This document shows, piece after piece, positions 1-12,500 of a stretch of DNA of 64,000 nucleotides; position 1 is the stretch's first letter; every line of letters begins with the position of its first letter. The notes under the pieces were generated by a model, which saw only the letters and a list, made by a program, of their open reading frames with translations, was not told the origin of the DNA and ran no database searches. Both the position numbers and the translations under genes were made by a program. Origin of the DNA: Chrysomallon squamiferum (Eukaryota > Animalia > Mollusca); contig CM022671.1 of the NCBI GenBank assembly GCA_012295275.1, forward strand, positions 29,326,001 to 29,390,000. Direction: 5' to 3'.

Positions 1-99
1 CACCAAATCGGGATGCTAGGAAGCAAGGCTGTTTTGGTCTGGAGGTTTAAAGAGAAAACAACAATGTTAATGTAATAATTGCTGCCCAAGTGTTCACAG

Positions 100-141
100 C
101 AGGCCAGATGTGGACCTTGGGCTAAAGGTTGCCAACCCCTG
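100..141. mobile_element. Terminal fragment of a hAT/Charlie-like element
   Basis: Ends in ggttgccaacccctg, the reverse complement of CAGGGGTTGGCAACC, a typical hAT terminus. The partner end is not in the window. Confidence 0.35.
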
Positions 142-467
142 CTATACATTATCAACTGCAAACATAACCCTAACAACAACAGTAAAATAAATAAGAATAA
201 TTTATGTATCAATAAAAATGATCTTAACATCTAAACAAGCATGAATAACACATCGGTTATAATGTAGTTACTACATTTTGAACATATCTTTAAAAATTCA
301 GGTTAAGTTTTTCAGTATTGAACTGTCTCATCTCTGACATACACTTATGATTTGTTATGAGGTATTAAACATTTTGTTGAAATTAATACAGTTAGTGATA
401 TGAATGTTTTCTTTGTCTTAACAGAAATCTTGAAAATACATGTTCTTTAAAAGTTCTGACGATTTTT

Positions 468-3400
468 ATGATGGAGGAACAGAGTAAAGATACAAACAAT
501 GCTATCAGTGGAGGCAAAGCTGATCCCATGGATACCAAGTAAGAAATAATTTACAATTTTTGTACTTCATTTATGTCATTTGTGTGTTTTAATTATATAT
601 AATATCATTTATCTGTGATCAGTTTTATGGATTTTGCCTAGTTGGTGAGAGGACAAACCTAAACTTCTTTGTTTTAGGTTGTTCTCAATATTTGACTGCC
701 GTAAGTTATTTCTGAGCATGGAAAATTACTAAATCCAAAATTCATTATTATCTAACGTCAAAATGAAAATGTCTACTATGCTCTTGATGTTCACTGTAGT
801 CTTCTGTATCCAATACTTATCTATTATATGCTGGCTAGAGAAAATGGTAATGTGGTATGATAGAAGTAGAAAGTGAAATTTTCTGTGTATATTTCATCTA
901 TCACATCGACAAAAGCCAGGAGTGGTCAGGATTAAGAGTGAACACGAGGACTGGCAATTTGATATCATCTCCACCACGCATACCTGACAGCTGGCTATTT
1001 CTAAACTTTGTTCAGATAGGCAAGGTTGTTCTGGGGACTACCATAGTCACTGTCAGGAGTTGTCCAGCTGTAGATCAGCTCATCAAGGACGACTGTTAAA
1101 ATTCAATGCTGGTTATATCTTTTCTGACAAATGACAGTGGTACCTGTCTTGTATGGACACCCAATCGGCTGAGCCAGTGTTCCTCCATTGCAGGTGTCCT
1201 CTTATCAGAGGGACAACAGTTACAGACAGTTTGTTTGAACATATATACAGTCTTTAGTCACATCCATCACACCAGTACCCACAACTAATATAAATCATTG
1301 TGGCTGGGCATTGCCATAGCAAGCATCACAGCTATGTACCAAATGGTTTGAACTTGCATGATTTGGAAAATGCAGTTCACTGGCTCTTGTGATTCAACAA
1401 AAACAACATTTCCTGTATGCACTGTGCCATGCAGGAAATGGATGACACCATCTTAGAAAATATATAGAGCTGCAATACAATAAAAGTATTTATTTTGGAA
1501 AAATCGGTATGACTATCCACTTTAAAAGTGGAATAATAATTAATATGCAGGTATTTGCTGATCTAAGGGACATATCTGTTGACAAACAATACAGGACTCG
1601 GAGGTGGGAAAGTGTCCATACATAATAGTTGGCCACTCATCTCAGGGGACCACTAAAGACAAATATCACTGCAGTTTGTTTTCTACCATTAAATTGATTA
1701 TTGTCTGCAAACGTTGCCAAAGTTTGAAAATATATTCTGGTACATTTTATTTTACTGTATTTCACTTTTGGCATGGGATTTTTATCCAATAGTTTGTTGT
1801 TGTTGTTGTTTTTTTCACACAATTTAAAAAATTAAATAACTATTTAACTTTATGTTTTGTTATCAGAACAACAGAGCCTGTGGACATTACCTCTGATTCC
1901 TCAGCAGTTGGTAATTTGGTTATTGATGTCGGTGAGCAAGAAACCGCTCAGGATCAAAATACCTCTATGGAGGATGCAGATGGGGGACAGAAGGAAAATG
2001 ACACACCTGAACAGAATGAACATAGTGACACTGTCGATGCCAACCACTGTGTTTCTGAACCCATGCAACCATCTGATGAAGTTCATGACAACACCAGTGC
2101 AGATGTCGTCAAACCAGATTCTGAATTAGGAAATCAGAAAGGAGTTGGAGACAAAAGTGCTGAAACTGGAGTGGACGGTGACCTTTTGCTTCTGACCCTG
2201 GATGGGACTTCTGACAAGCATGCTGTTCTAATTAATGAGCTACAGAATAAGGTAAAGTGCCAATTTGCTTAATCACACTGACTTTCACAGCAGAGATTCT
2301 CTGAAGACTGAAATTGTTGCATGGTAAATTTCATTCTGTATATGCTGAAATGAAATCTATGCATGCTTCTCTTTTTCTTTGATTTTATATCTTATGCTTG
2401 TCTTTAGAACATTTTAAGTATCGCCTAATCTTAATCTATCTGCCATTTATAGTTAAATAACCATTCACTGTTTAACTAAATGTACTGCTTATCATTTTTG
2501 TAAGTGTCATTAGATATACTGATGCTAGTTTAGGGGTTTTATTTTGATTCAGGCAATCAAAGTCATAATAATTATTTCTAGGATGTTATTAGTGTTTCTG
2601 TGGTAAATTTGTTTATGAATTAATATTTTCAAACATTCACCTTTTTATGGCTTTGGAAAAATATTTACTTTTGATTCATCAACCACTTAGAGTGAAAAAA
2701 AGAAAGTATCACGATCTTCTTTGTTTTTGTTTTTTCCTTTTAATTAAAGATAAATTATGATAGAGCTTTATTAAAGAAGATAAACTTTTTTCCTTGGATT
2801 TTCAGCACTGTATTTTGTTGTTCATTCTCCAGGTTTCATTTGGAATTGATAATGAATGAACAGATAGTGTGTTAGCTGAACTGGCTTTTCTTGAAAATAA
2901 TTAAAATGTATCCAGTTTATCAGTTTTTAAACTGTGGGTTAAAATATATACAAATGTTTTATTTTAACTGTTCTAAGATGATTTTGAAGGGTGGTGATTT
3001 GGAATGTGTTGCCTTTGTGTGAAATGGTGTATACATGTGTGTCTTTGTAAAGTATATTTTATGGATTTCATTGTGTGTTTTGCAGGAAAAAATTATCAGT
3101 GACTTGAGGATGAGGGTAGGAGAACTGGAGGCACAATTAGGGTGGGTCTTGGTAATTTGTAGTGTTTGTAGAATTATCAGATCACTGCAGTAAAATATCA
3201 TTAGCTAACAATTGTTGAAAATGTTTAATGTTTTGGACTTCAAAAAAACAAACAACAATAACAATGAAAAAGTAAATGTTACTAATAATTTTTTTTAAAA
3301 CATATTTCTCTTACTTTTTCACATAATTTCCATACTGTCTGCTTCTGAATTTTAGTTAAAAGTAATCAACAGATTATAGATTTTATTTTTGTTTTGTTTG

Positions 3401-6364
3401 TGGAGGTATATATGTATATTATTACTTAGACATAAATTAACCTTCTTTATTATTTTTTTTTTTCATTTTATCATTAATGCACAAATTCTTATCTGTTTAA
3501 TATGCTTACTGATTCACAGATATTTTAAATTAGTATTATATATTGTCTATCTTAGAGTAGCAGTCATGTGTTAACATATTGCTGTAATAATGTTTATATT
3601 TTTGTAGTATACCCATGGAAATTTCTTTTTACTCATTTACGCTTATTAACATATTTATATATCTAAATACAAAATTCTAAGACTAAATTTTTAAATTCTG
3701 TTAATCAGTTTATTACATTAATAAACAAATAAAGTACTGGTATTATAAGATTAATTTTTATTTTCATAGTATAATCCAGATATAATTGTTCCAGTTTCAG
3801 ATATTTCCCAGTGGCATTAAATTTACTTCAACAAATTGTGATTGCTATTGTTAATTTCTGGAAAAAATGTTGTGATTGCTATTGTTAATTTCTGGAAAAA
3901 ATGTTGTGATTAAAAATATGATTAATTATTTTATTATTATTGTCCCATGTCTGCAGTATAGCTATGTTTTTATTATATATATATATATATATATATATAT
4001 TGAAATGTATCAGAATTTTTTTTTTTTTTTCAAAAACTGTAAAATTTACAGTTGGTTTTGTTTTGATGTTTTTTGTGCTTTTATCCATAATATAGTTCAG
4101 GATGTGGGACTTACTTCTGAATTGTTATTTTCTAATTGTATTGATTTGTTGTTTGTTTCATTTTTAAATACTTCAGAATCATGTCCAACTTGAGAGCAAC
4201 ATGTACCAAGAGACCTTCAAGATTTGCCGAGCATGCAACATCTTTGAAGCGAGCTCGTGCAAGATCTTCAACTCCAAGCAGGAGAGTTTCTGTTCATCTG
4301 AAATCTTTAAAACGTGCTCGGTTACGATCTCCTCTGTGTCATACAGACTGGAATTCACAGGACGTTGAACAAGGAGAGTCAATGTCACAGAGTAGTAGCA
4401 TTCTGAGTGCTGAGGACATGGACGTGTTGGCTGTGGAAGTATCTCAGAGACTTTCTTCCACTCTGGTGGCAGACGTCACTGCTCAGGTGCTACAGCAGAT
4501 TTTGCCCTTGATGGACATGCCTGTAGACGACAGTGAAAATAATCACATGGGTGAAGATATGTCTGCTGCAGGCATGTTTCAGTCTGACGCGAGCACCAAT
4601 GTTGTGTCTGATGCTGTTGAGTCCAGCGCAGCTGAGAACAACTCCAGTTCTTCTTCCATGGCTGTTCAGTCAGGTCAGTCCACAAAAGTTAGTGTAGACT
4701 TTGTGCATGCTGCTAATGTTTCATCCATTTCAGCATTTGTGACCACCAGACATCTGGCTGCCCATAAAAGAGCAGATGTCTGTGTTTCATACTCCAAGCA
4801 AGTGTCAACACTGGCAAATCATAGTATGAATATGGCTTCAGCCAGCACTTGCCTGAATGTCCAGAATCAGAATCTTGTTCAGAATGCTAGCAAGGTGAAC
4901 TCCTTGATAGGCTGCCCATTGATTGTTGGAAATGCAGCAGGGTCAGTTCCTAGTCACGTAGAATCGTTAACAGGCAGCAGCTTAATTGACTTGAATGCTG
5001 CCGATTCTGTCCAGCAAGAATCAGATAAAATCACAGCTTCAGCAGGTGGTGATTTGATCTGTCAAGGAAAAGCTAGTCCACTTAGTGCCTCATCTGACAA
5101 ATATGAATCAAAATCATTGTTTGTCAAGGAAGATGGAAGTTCCATTCTGCCTTCTTCCACCAGTATTGATTCAGAAGTAATTGACAGTGCAAAAAACATT
5201 GAAAAACTTATAAGTGAGGTTTTAGATGATGATGGCAGCGATACAGAGACAGGTGAATCATCTGTCACAAAGCCCGAGCAAACTCGGTCTGTTTTGCCTG
5301 TGCAGGAAACCAGTGACACCTCATTTGCTCCTGTGCAAGATGTCAGTCAGATGGGGAAAACATCTCAAGACTTTGAGAAAAAAGAATCTGAGAGTAAATC
5401 TGATCATGAGAAAGATTCAGGCATGTTAACTATGGATGGGGAAAAGGATTTAGACAAGATAGATAGCGTAGAGAAACCTCCATCAACTGTAGTTTCCACA
5501 CAAGCCAAAACACCAGGTTAGGTGATAAGAGAACATTTTCAGAAATAACTAGTTAGGAAATTGTTCTCACCGTTACATGTATTTTACTTAATGTAATCTG
5601 TTATTATAATTTAAAGTATTATTACACTGTAAGTGTTTTTGGTTTTTCCATCATAAATGGATAATAATGATCTGTGTACTTTATAACTTTGTCAGAACTG
5701 TCTGCATCATATTTTAATTTGTAATAAAAAGCATTTACCTAAAACATGAATGCATGTTCTTCTACATCAGGTAAAACAGTTTGACAAACCTAAGATAACA
5801 CTTTTTTTTTTCTCATTATTTTACATTACAGGTGTTGTTTCACCTTCAGCAGCAAGAGATGGTGGTTCCTCAACAGCATCTGGAACAGGCACAAATAAAA
5901 TCCACATTCCAAACATATTCAGACAGCGTCACGCATATCCTCAGAGTAATCGTCAGCCTCACATGCAGATTCGACATCCTGTTGGGATGTCAGCATCCAC
6001 GCGCTTCGGTATGAACATGCATCGCATGCCAATGCCAGCAGGGGCTGTAGGAACAGCTAATGCGATGTTAATGCAGCAGATAATGAATTCCTCTGCTGGA
6101 GGTAAGATTTATTTATTGCTTTTTCTGTTTATTGTTTGTTTTTTGTTTTTTTCAGGTTATTTGTGAAATTTAGAATGTAAACTATTCACACTGATTTTGG
6201 TAGAATTGTGATTTTTATCATTACAATATTATTATATCCTCAAATAAATGTTTAATAATAATTATTTTTAATTATATTTTTCAAATATCAGTCATTTTAT
6301 TGTCCATAAGAAGTTAAAGAACTGCATCAGGGATTTTATAATAATTAAGATATATTTAATATAC

Positions 6365-6398
<34 letters not shown>

Positions 6399-7119
6399 CA
6401 CATTTTCTTTTGTTTTTAAGCTGCACTTACTCACATAAACCAGATGAACCATCTAGCCATGATGCAAGCCCAGCAGAGAGGTATCCGCCCTCAACTTCAG
6501 AATGCCCGATTCTCCTCTCAAGTGTCCCCAATGATGAGCCCCAGGGCCAGTAACACAGGAGTGAACATGGGTCAGGCGAGGAATCTTGCTTTAAGTGCTG
6601 CCTTCAGGAGAGCAGTTTCATCTCGGGTTGTAACCGGTCAAAGACTAAGTTAGTTTTCTTTATCAAAGAAAATCACAAATTGTTAAAAAGATAAATTTTA
6701 TCTCTTTTGAGAATTTAAGTTACGAGCTGTTGGAAATAAGGTATTCGAAATAAATTAAGAATCCAGAAAATGTGAGAATGTTTGGGGGGAGATTTTAAAA
6801 AATTAACTTACTGTTGATTGTCTGTAGTATTTAATTAGTAATTATGTTATAGCCAGAGATAGCTGACATTTATTATATTTAATTAATACATAAAAATTTT
6901 GCATGAGTAAGATGACCTGATAATAAAAGCTTCTGGATCAATTAAAGATCGCTGTTCTAATAATCATGTGTACATCAGGATAGTAAAATTTTGGCTTAAA
7001 TAAATTTACACCATTTTGACAAATTGGTTTTAAACAAGGAATGTGTCATATGATTTTATAACAAAAATGTTTTAAATCTTTTAAATGTTGTTGACTTTTC
7101 AGATATGAACAACCGATGA
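468..7119 (+). CDS. Uncharacterised ~788-aa low-complexity protein: acidic N-terminus, short coiled coil, basic Arg/Ser stretch, Ser-rich middle, Met/Gln/Arg/Asn-rich C-terminus
   Basis: Phase-consistent GT-AG exon chain 468-538, 1867-2251, 3086-3141, 4177-5516, 5832-6101, 6421-6648, 7103-7119 (2367 nt). Starts MMEEQSKDTNN and ends RLNMNNR*. An acceptor at 424 implies an upstream exon. No family recognised. Confidence 0.75.
1135..1671. mobile_element. Degenerate non-autonomous TIR element (Tc1/mariner-like MITE) in intron of gene 1
   Basis: Imperfect terminal inverted repeats CAGTGGTACCTGTCT / AGACAAATATCACTG (12 of 15 match), with internal ggacacc/ggtgtcc motifs. Confidence 0.4.
3836..3911. 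repeat. 34-bp perfect tandem duplication
   Basis: ttgtgattgctattgttaatttctggaaaaaatg x2 plus a partial copy. Confidence 0.85.
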
Positions 7120-9587
7120 TTTGTGAGTGAGGAAGACATACTTCACTGTGATAATTGAAAGCTGCAATATAAAACAATACTGTGGAAAGATGTTAAGATA
7201 TTACTGTATTGAATGCAACAATGGCATGCATGTTTTAGTTGGTTCCTTGGGAGTCTCTGCTCAGTTCTGTGAATGTGATGTAATATGATAAGGATGTATT
7301 CACCGAGGATCAGAAAACTTACTTACAAAAACACTGGACAAGTTTATTTTTAAGAAGTCAGTAAACTGACTTAAATCCATTTTCATTAAATTCCTCTAAT
7401 CAAAGTGATCTGAATGTTCTGATCAGTTTACCAAAGATCTGTGATTGTCACAACAGAAGCCAGACATTTGATAAAAATTCATTACTTTTCAAATAAATTA
7501 TTCAAATATGCATTTTTTTTGGAGGATGTAAATTATGTGTTTAAAATAAATATATGCTTAAGTACATTTTTGAAAGATTAATGCCTGGATAATGAGCTTA
7601 TTTATGTGCACAGGACATGTAAAAATATTATTATTTATGTCAGTTTTAAATGATTAATCAGCAATTCATAAATAAATTATTGTTATCATGTTCCTGCCCA
7701 CCAAAATTATGGGTAACCATGAGAAAGGAAAACAGAATTATTTTTTTTTCCCAGCATTGTAATGACTACCAAAAGTTACTGTTATCATGAAACAGTTAAT
7801 TCATCCTAATTCTGTTATTAACAGTTACATCAAAATAGGTTTTCAAATGTCTTTATTGAGCCGTATCAAATTAAATGAATTATTCATACACATTATGGAC
7901 ATGTCTACTGACGACTTATACAAAACCCTCAAATATTGAAACGACTTAATGTATTATAGTCATGACATGTTGTTGTTGTTGTTAATGTAGTTTAGTGCTG
8001 TTTTAGAGAAAACCATTTTCATATTTTATTTTGTTTCTGTTCAAGCACTGTTGCTCTATACAGATGGTACATGTTAGCAATAATAATTTTATAGACATCA
8101 GATTTTTAAATGTAATGTTGCTTTCATGTGGATAAGAGTAATAGATTTTTTAATTTAGAAATTAGATAAATTGATCTTTTATTTTAAGTTTGTTGAACTT
8201 ACAAATGTATAGTCTGGAAACTTGATGCTGAAAATAACATTTTTCAGTTGTTATGTGATTTATATATCAGAATTAATGAGTCAGTAATTTTGTGGATTTA
8301 ATGTATTTATATTTTTATGTTGTGAACTTTTTTATTTCTATTATGTAGATAACTTTTTCACTAAAGTTGTACGTTTTTAGTAGAAAGTTGAAAATAAATT
8401 TCTATAAACATGATCATTATATTATTACTTTAGGTGATGTAAAACTGAGTTATGAAAAAGGAAGATAAAAGGGATAAAATATAAATCTATTCATAAATTA
8501 AATCTCTAAAGACAAAAATTTCTATTAACATCATTTAAGCTGTTTGTGAAAATACACATAATTCTTTTTCCACTTCTTTTAAAATAAATGTAGTTAAAAA
8601 CAAGTTTTAAAAAAAATCTCATATAATATACCACTTCTTTAATTTTACAATTACAATAAGCTAAAAATTACATGAATACTGCATATGGACAATCCTCTGT
8701 TGGCACACATTATTACCATTAGGAAAAATGGGTACACTGTAATTATATACCAGCTATGTGGAAAACAATATTTAAATATCGTTATTATGTAAATGAGTAA
8801 TAAGGGCTTAGCTTTTTGTTGACATTAAAAAAGAAACCTAAGAAACAATCGCAACATGTTAACAATAATTTATTATAAAAATATACTTTAAAAATATTTT
8901 TTCTTTAAAAAAAATGTTATATACAATGAATGAACAAAATACAGCACAATGTTTCTATGTTGATAAATATGTTAATACAGAAAATGTAAATATTTACAAA
9001 ACTAGATATAAAACAATATCACTGAATACAAAAATTTCCTTAACAAACGAATTGAAACTATTCTCATTTAAAGTGTACTAAGGAGATATGAAGAATATTC
9101 TGCATTCTTTCAAGTTCTGTTTTGTTTTCTGCTGTCCACTCTTTATTAATAACAAAGTACAACAAGGCATAAAGGCAGATCTATTTGCTCTACAATTTTT
9201 TTCTGACACCAGAAAAATAAAGTAATCAGTCTATAATATGTGATAAAATTACAACTCTTTTAAGTATAGTATTTTATTTTCTACTTTGTTATTAAGAATA
9301 AAAGATTATCCAAAACAGTAAAATAATAACTTGAAAGTATAATGCATTTTATTGGACCTTTTTTTTTTTTTTTTTTTTTATCTCCACATGTGCTCTTTAA
9401 AAACCTATATATTTCAAATAGAACCAAAACAGTAACAACTATTTATAATTTAGTAATAAAAATCATTGGACGGAACATCAAATAAATAAAATAAAGTGTC
9501 AATCATCACCATCATCATCAAAACATTGGAAAAAAAAAATCACAACATTGATACTGTGTTGGTAAACAATTACAAAATATTTGAAGT

Positions 9588-12500
9588 CTAGAATGGAGAA
9601 TAAATTATAATGAAATAACCAACACCAAACAGTGCCAGGACAAGTGAGAAAGCAAGAGAGTACATTGGTGGTTCGGCAGTGTATGCATCTGTAAGTGGGT
9701 AGAGCAGTTCTCTCCAGCATGTGTCGTAGTGGCAAATGGACTGATCAATGTTTTCAAAGTATCGTATACAGGAATCACTGGAACAGCTGGACGGATGACT
9801 CAGATAGAATCTGTTAACAAAAAATAATGCCAAATGAAAAATAAAAATAAAAATAAAATTGTTTTATAGTTACTTGAAACTTGAAGCAGCTATACTTCAT
9901 TAAAACAATGGTTTTAATATAAATTGTTATTTATAATAAATGTTTCACAATTTGTAGAGAAAAAAAGAAAAGAACACAAACTTCCCAATAGTTTTGCCAT
10001 AATAATAGTAATTACTACAACAACAAACAATAACTTAATAATGAATTGGTTAAAACAGAAATGTATTTTTTTTTGGAATGTTGTTTTATATGTGAATGAA
10101 AATACATCTGATATTTCAAGTACATCAAATTAGATAATGTCAACTTACTTGATTGTGTCTGTAGATATTTTTACAGGCACTTTAACAAATCTCACAGAAC
10201 TTGTGAGAAGAAAAGTCTGTTTTTCTAAATTGTTATTCCAGCAGACAACAGAGCCAGGTCCTGTGCAAGAAAACTGCCAATCTGTTACTGTGAAACTGAA
10301 AAGAAGAAAGAATACTTCTGAACTACCATGTTAACATCATATGTTTGAAAAACACAACAACAAAAAATTATAATGATAACTAAATCCTATAAATATCAAT
10401 TTTGTCTAGTGATATTTCTATATCTGATCTTTTGTATTTTTAAAATTGGCAATTCACAATAACATGATAATGCCATTAGAATATATAAAGAACAGTATAC
10501 TTTCCTCTTAATGAGAATGCTAAAAAAGTAAGTTAAAAATTTATTAACATAGTAAATACACAGGCATGCAAACCAACATAAATGAAACCCAACCCAACAG
10601 GAAAATCAAGATATGCCTATCTTAATTGTATGGGTTTTGGGGTTTTTTTTTAATTGTTTCTTTTAACTTGGATTTACAATAATTACCTGAAAATAAGTGT
10701 AGTCTGCTTGTTACTGATAAATACAACAACTTTAAAGTGCTAATGACATTCATTCCCACTTGTTTACCTTCACATTTTAATATATTTACGTCACTTCTGC
10801 ATTATGCTTGTTTATCTTCAAATTTTAATATATTTATCATGCTCATACACCAAACTTGTTTACCTTCAGATTTTAATATATTTATGTCACTTGTGCAAAC
10901 TTGTTTATCTTCAAATTTTAACAATATTTACCTTACTCGGGCACCAACAATTTCTCGGATAGGGTAAGCTCGAACTTGGCCTGATTCTGCATACAGGACA
11001 TCAAGATGGATTCCATTAGTGATGTTGGAACAAAAACCTCTGATGAAATCTTCTATGTCAACAGCTGTGTAAAATGTACTGTTGTCTGTGACATCCTGAA
11101 TTTTTGTCTTGTTGTCAACATTGAAGATATAGAAAGGGATATCTCTGAAATTGTGTAATATTTGGTTTTTACGCAGTTTTTTATTATTAATATCGCTTTC
11201 CTTTTAAGCAAATAAGTAAATCTGTATATTTTGATTTTCAACTGGAACAAAAATTAATGGTTATTTTGTTGTTGTTTTTTCCAAAAAATCATTACTGATA
11301 ACAGTTTAACATGCAAACTGCACTTAAAATATATAGAACGAGATGTACGTTTCCATGCACAGACACATGCACAAAGATAAAATCATCAACAAATAACGTC
11401 TGGTACTACTTTATTATAAATTTAGTCACCTGCCAGTACTTTTAATGAAGCAAATTAATTTGTGATATTTTATTTAACATTGTGGCAAAAGCAATCTGAT
11501 GAATATTTCAAAACCAGAATGTCACCATTAATCCACAGCTAGAAGAACTGACAGTTACCTTTTTAAATTTGGAAAATGTATCCTACCTGATCACCTCAAT
11601 CCAATGTGTCATGTTCGTGACATCACTGACTCCATATCTGCCTAACCGGTCAGAAGGCATGAGGATACTCAGAAAGTTAAAAACCTGAGTCCTAGTCAAG
11701 ATAAACAACAAAAATTCTTCATCAACAAATAAATAAATAAATAAATATATAAATAAAGAAATAAAGAAATAAAAATGCTTCTCTTAAGTATCTGTAGTAT
11801 TAACTGTTTAATAAATTTACACATATAGATTTGATATAGATGAAAAATCTAGCAGAAATTATGCAATTATCAGTATGCCATTAGAATCATTTACATGTAG
11901 CATTACTGAAGTTAACATAGAATATTAATTAAACCAACATGATTTAGTTACTATCAAGTGGTTTAGATATCCAGTAACTCAATGTTTTACCTTATTATCA
12001 TTATCCATGTACATACCCCTGAACAAGACATATGTATAAATAAACAATCTTTGAATGATGATGTTGTTTTCATGTCTTTATTATAAAATTATATTCTGAT
12101 CTGTGCTAATCATATGCATTAAAAAAATAATAACAGCATGTTAACATTATTTAATAAATAATTACTTTAAAGAGGTGCAGTTGTTGAGATCATCCAGCGA
12201 CAGACGAAGTTTACAGCCAGACTGAACATCCACACCAAACATCAGTGTCTTCCTCTTACTTGGATCACAAAACCCATTTGCATCTGAAATCACCATCATG
12301 TCCTCTTTTAATATGACAAGATACTTTTGGTGAAATAACCTTCAGACAATGACTTAATTTAGTGTTCTGTGATCTAAATGCAAAATTCTTCTTCTTTTTT
12401 TCATTTTGTCCATTTTTCTTGATTTCTACTTTAAAATGGTTAAGGAATAGTTCAAACTGACATCATTTGATAATCCAGATGTTATGACATATTAAATTTT

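Noticed and set aside
4674-5045. In-frame GT..AG segment (possible exitron) inside the large exon of gene 1
   Set aside because: Phase fits, but the pyrimidine tract is weak and the segment is fully open; it could easily be chance without RNA data.
10759-10931. Repeat-spacer appearance suggestive of CRISPR
   Set aside because: Degenerate intronic minisatellite in a eukaryotic gene; no unique spacers or cas genes.
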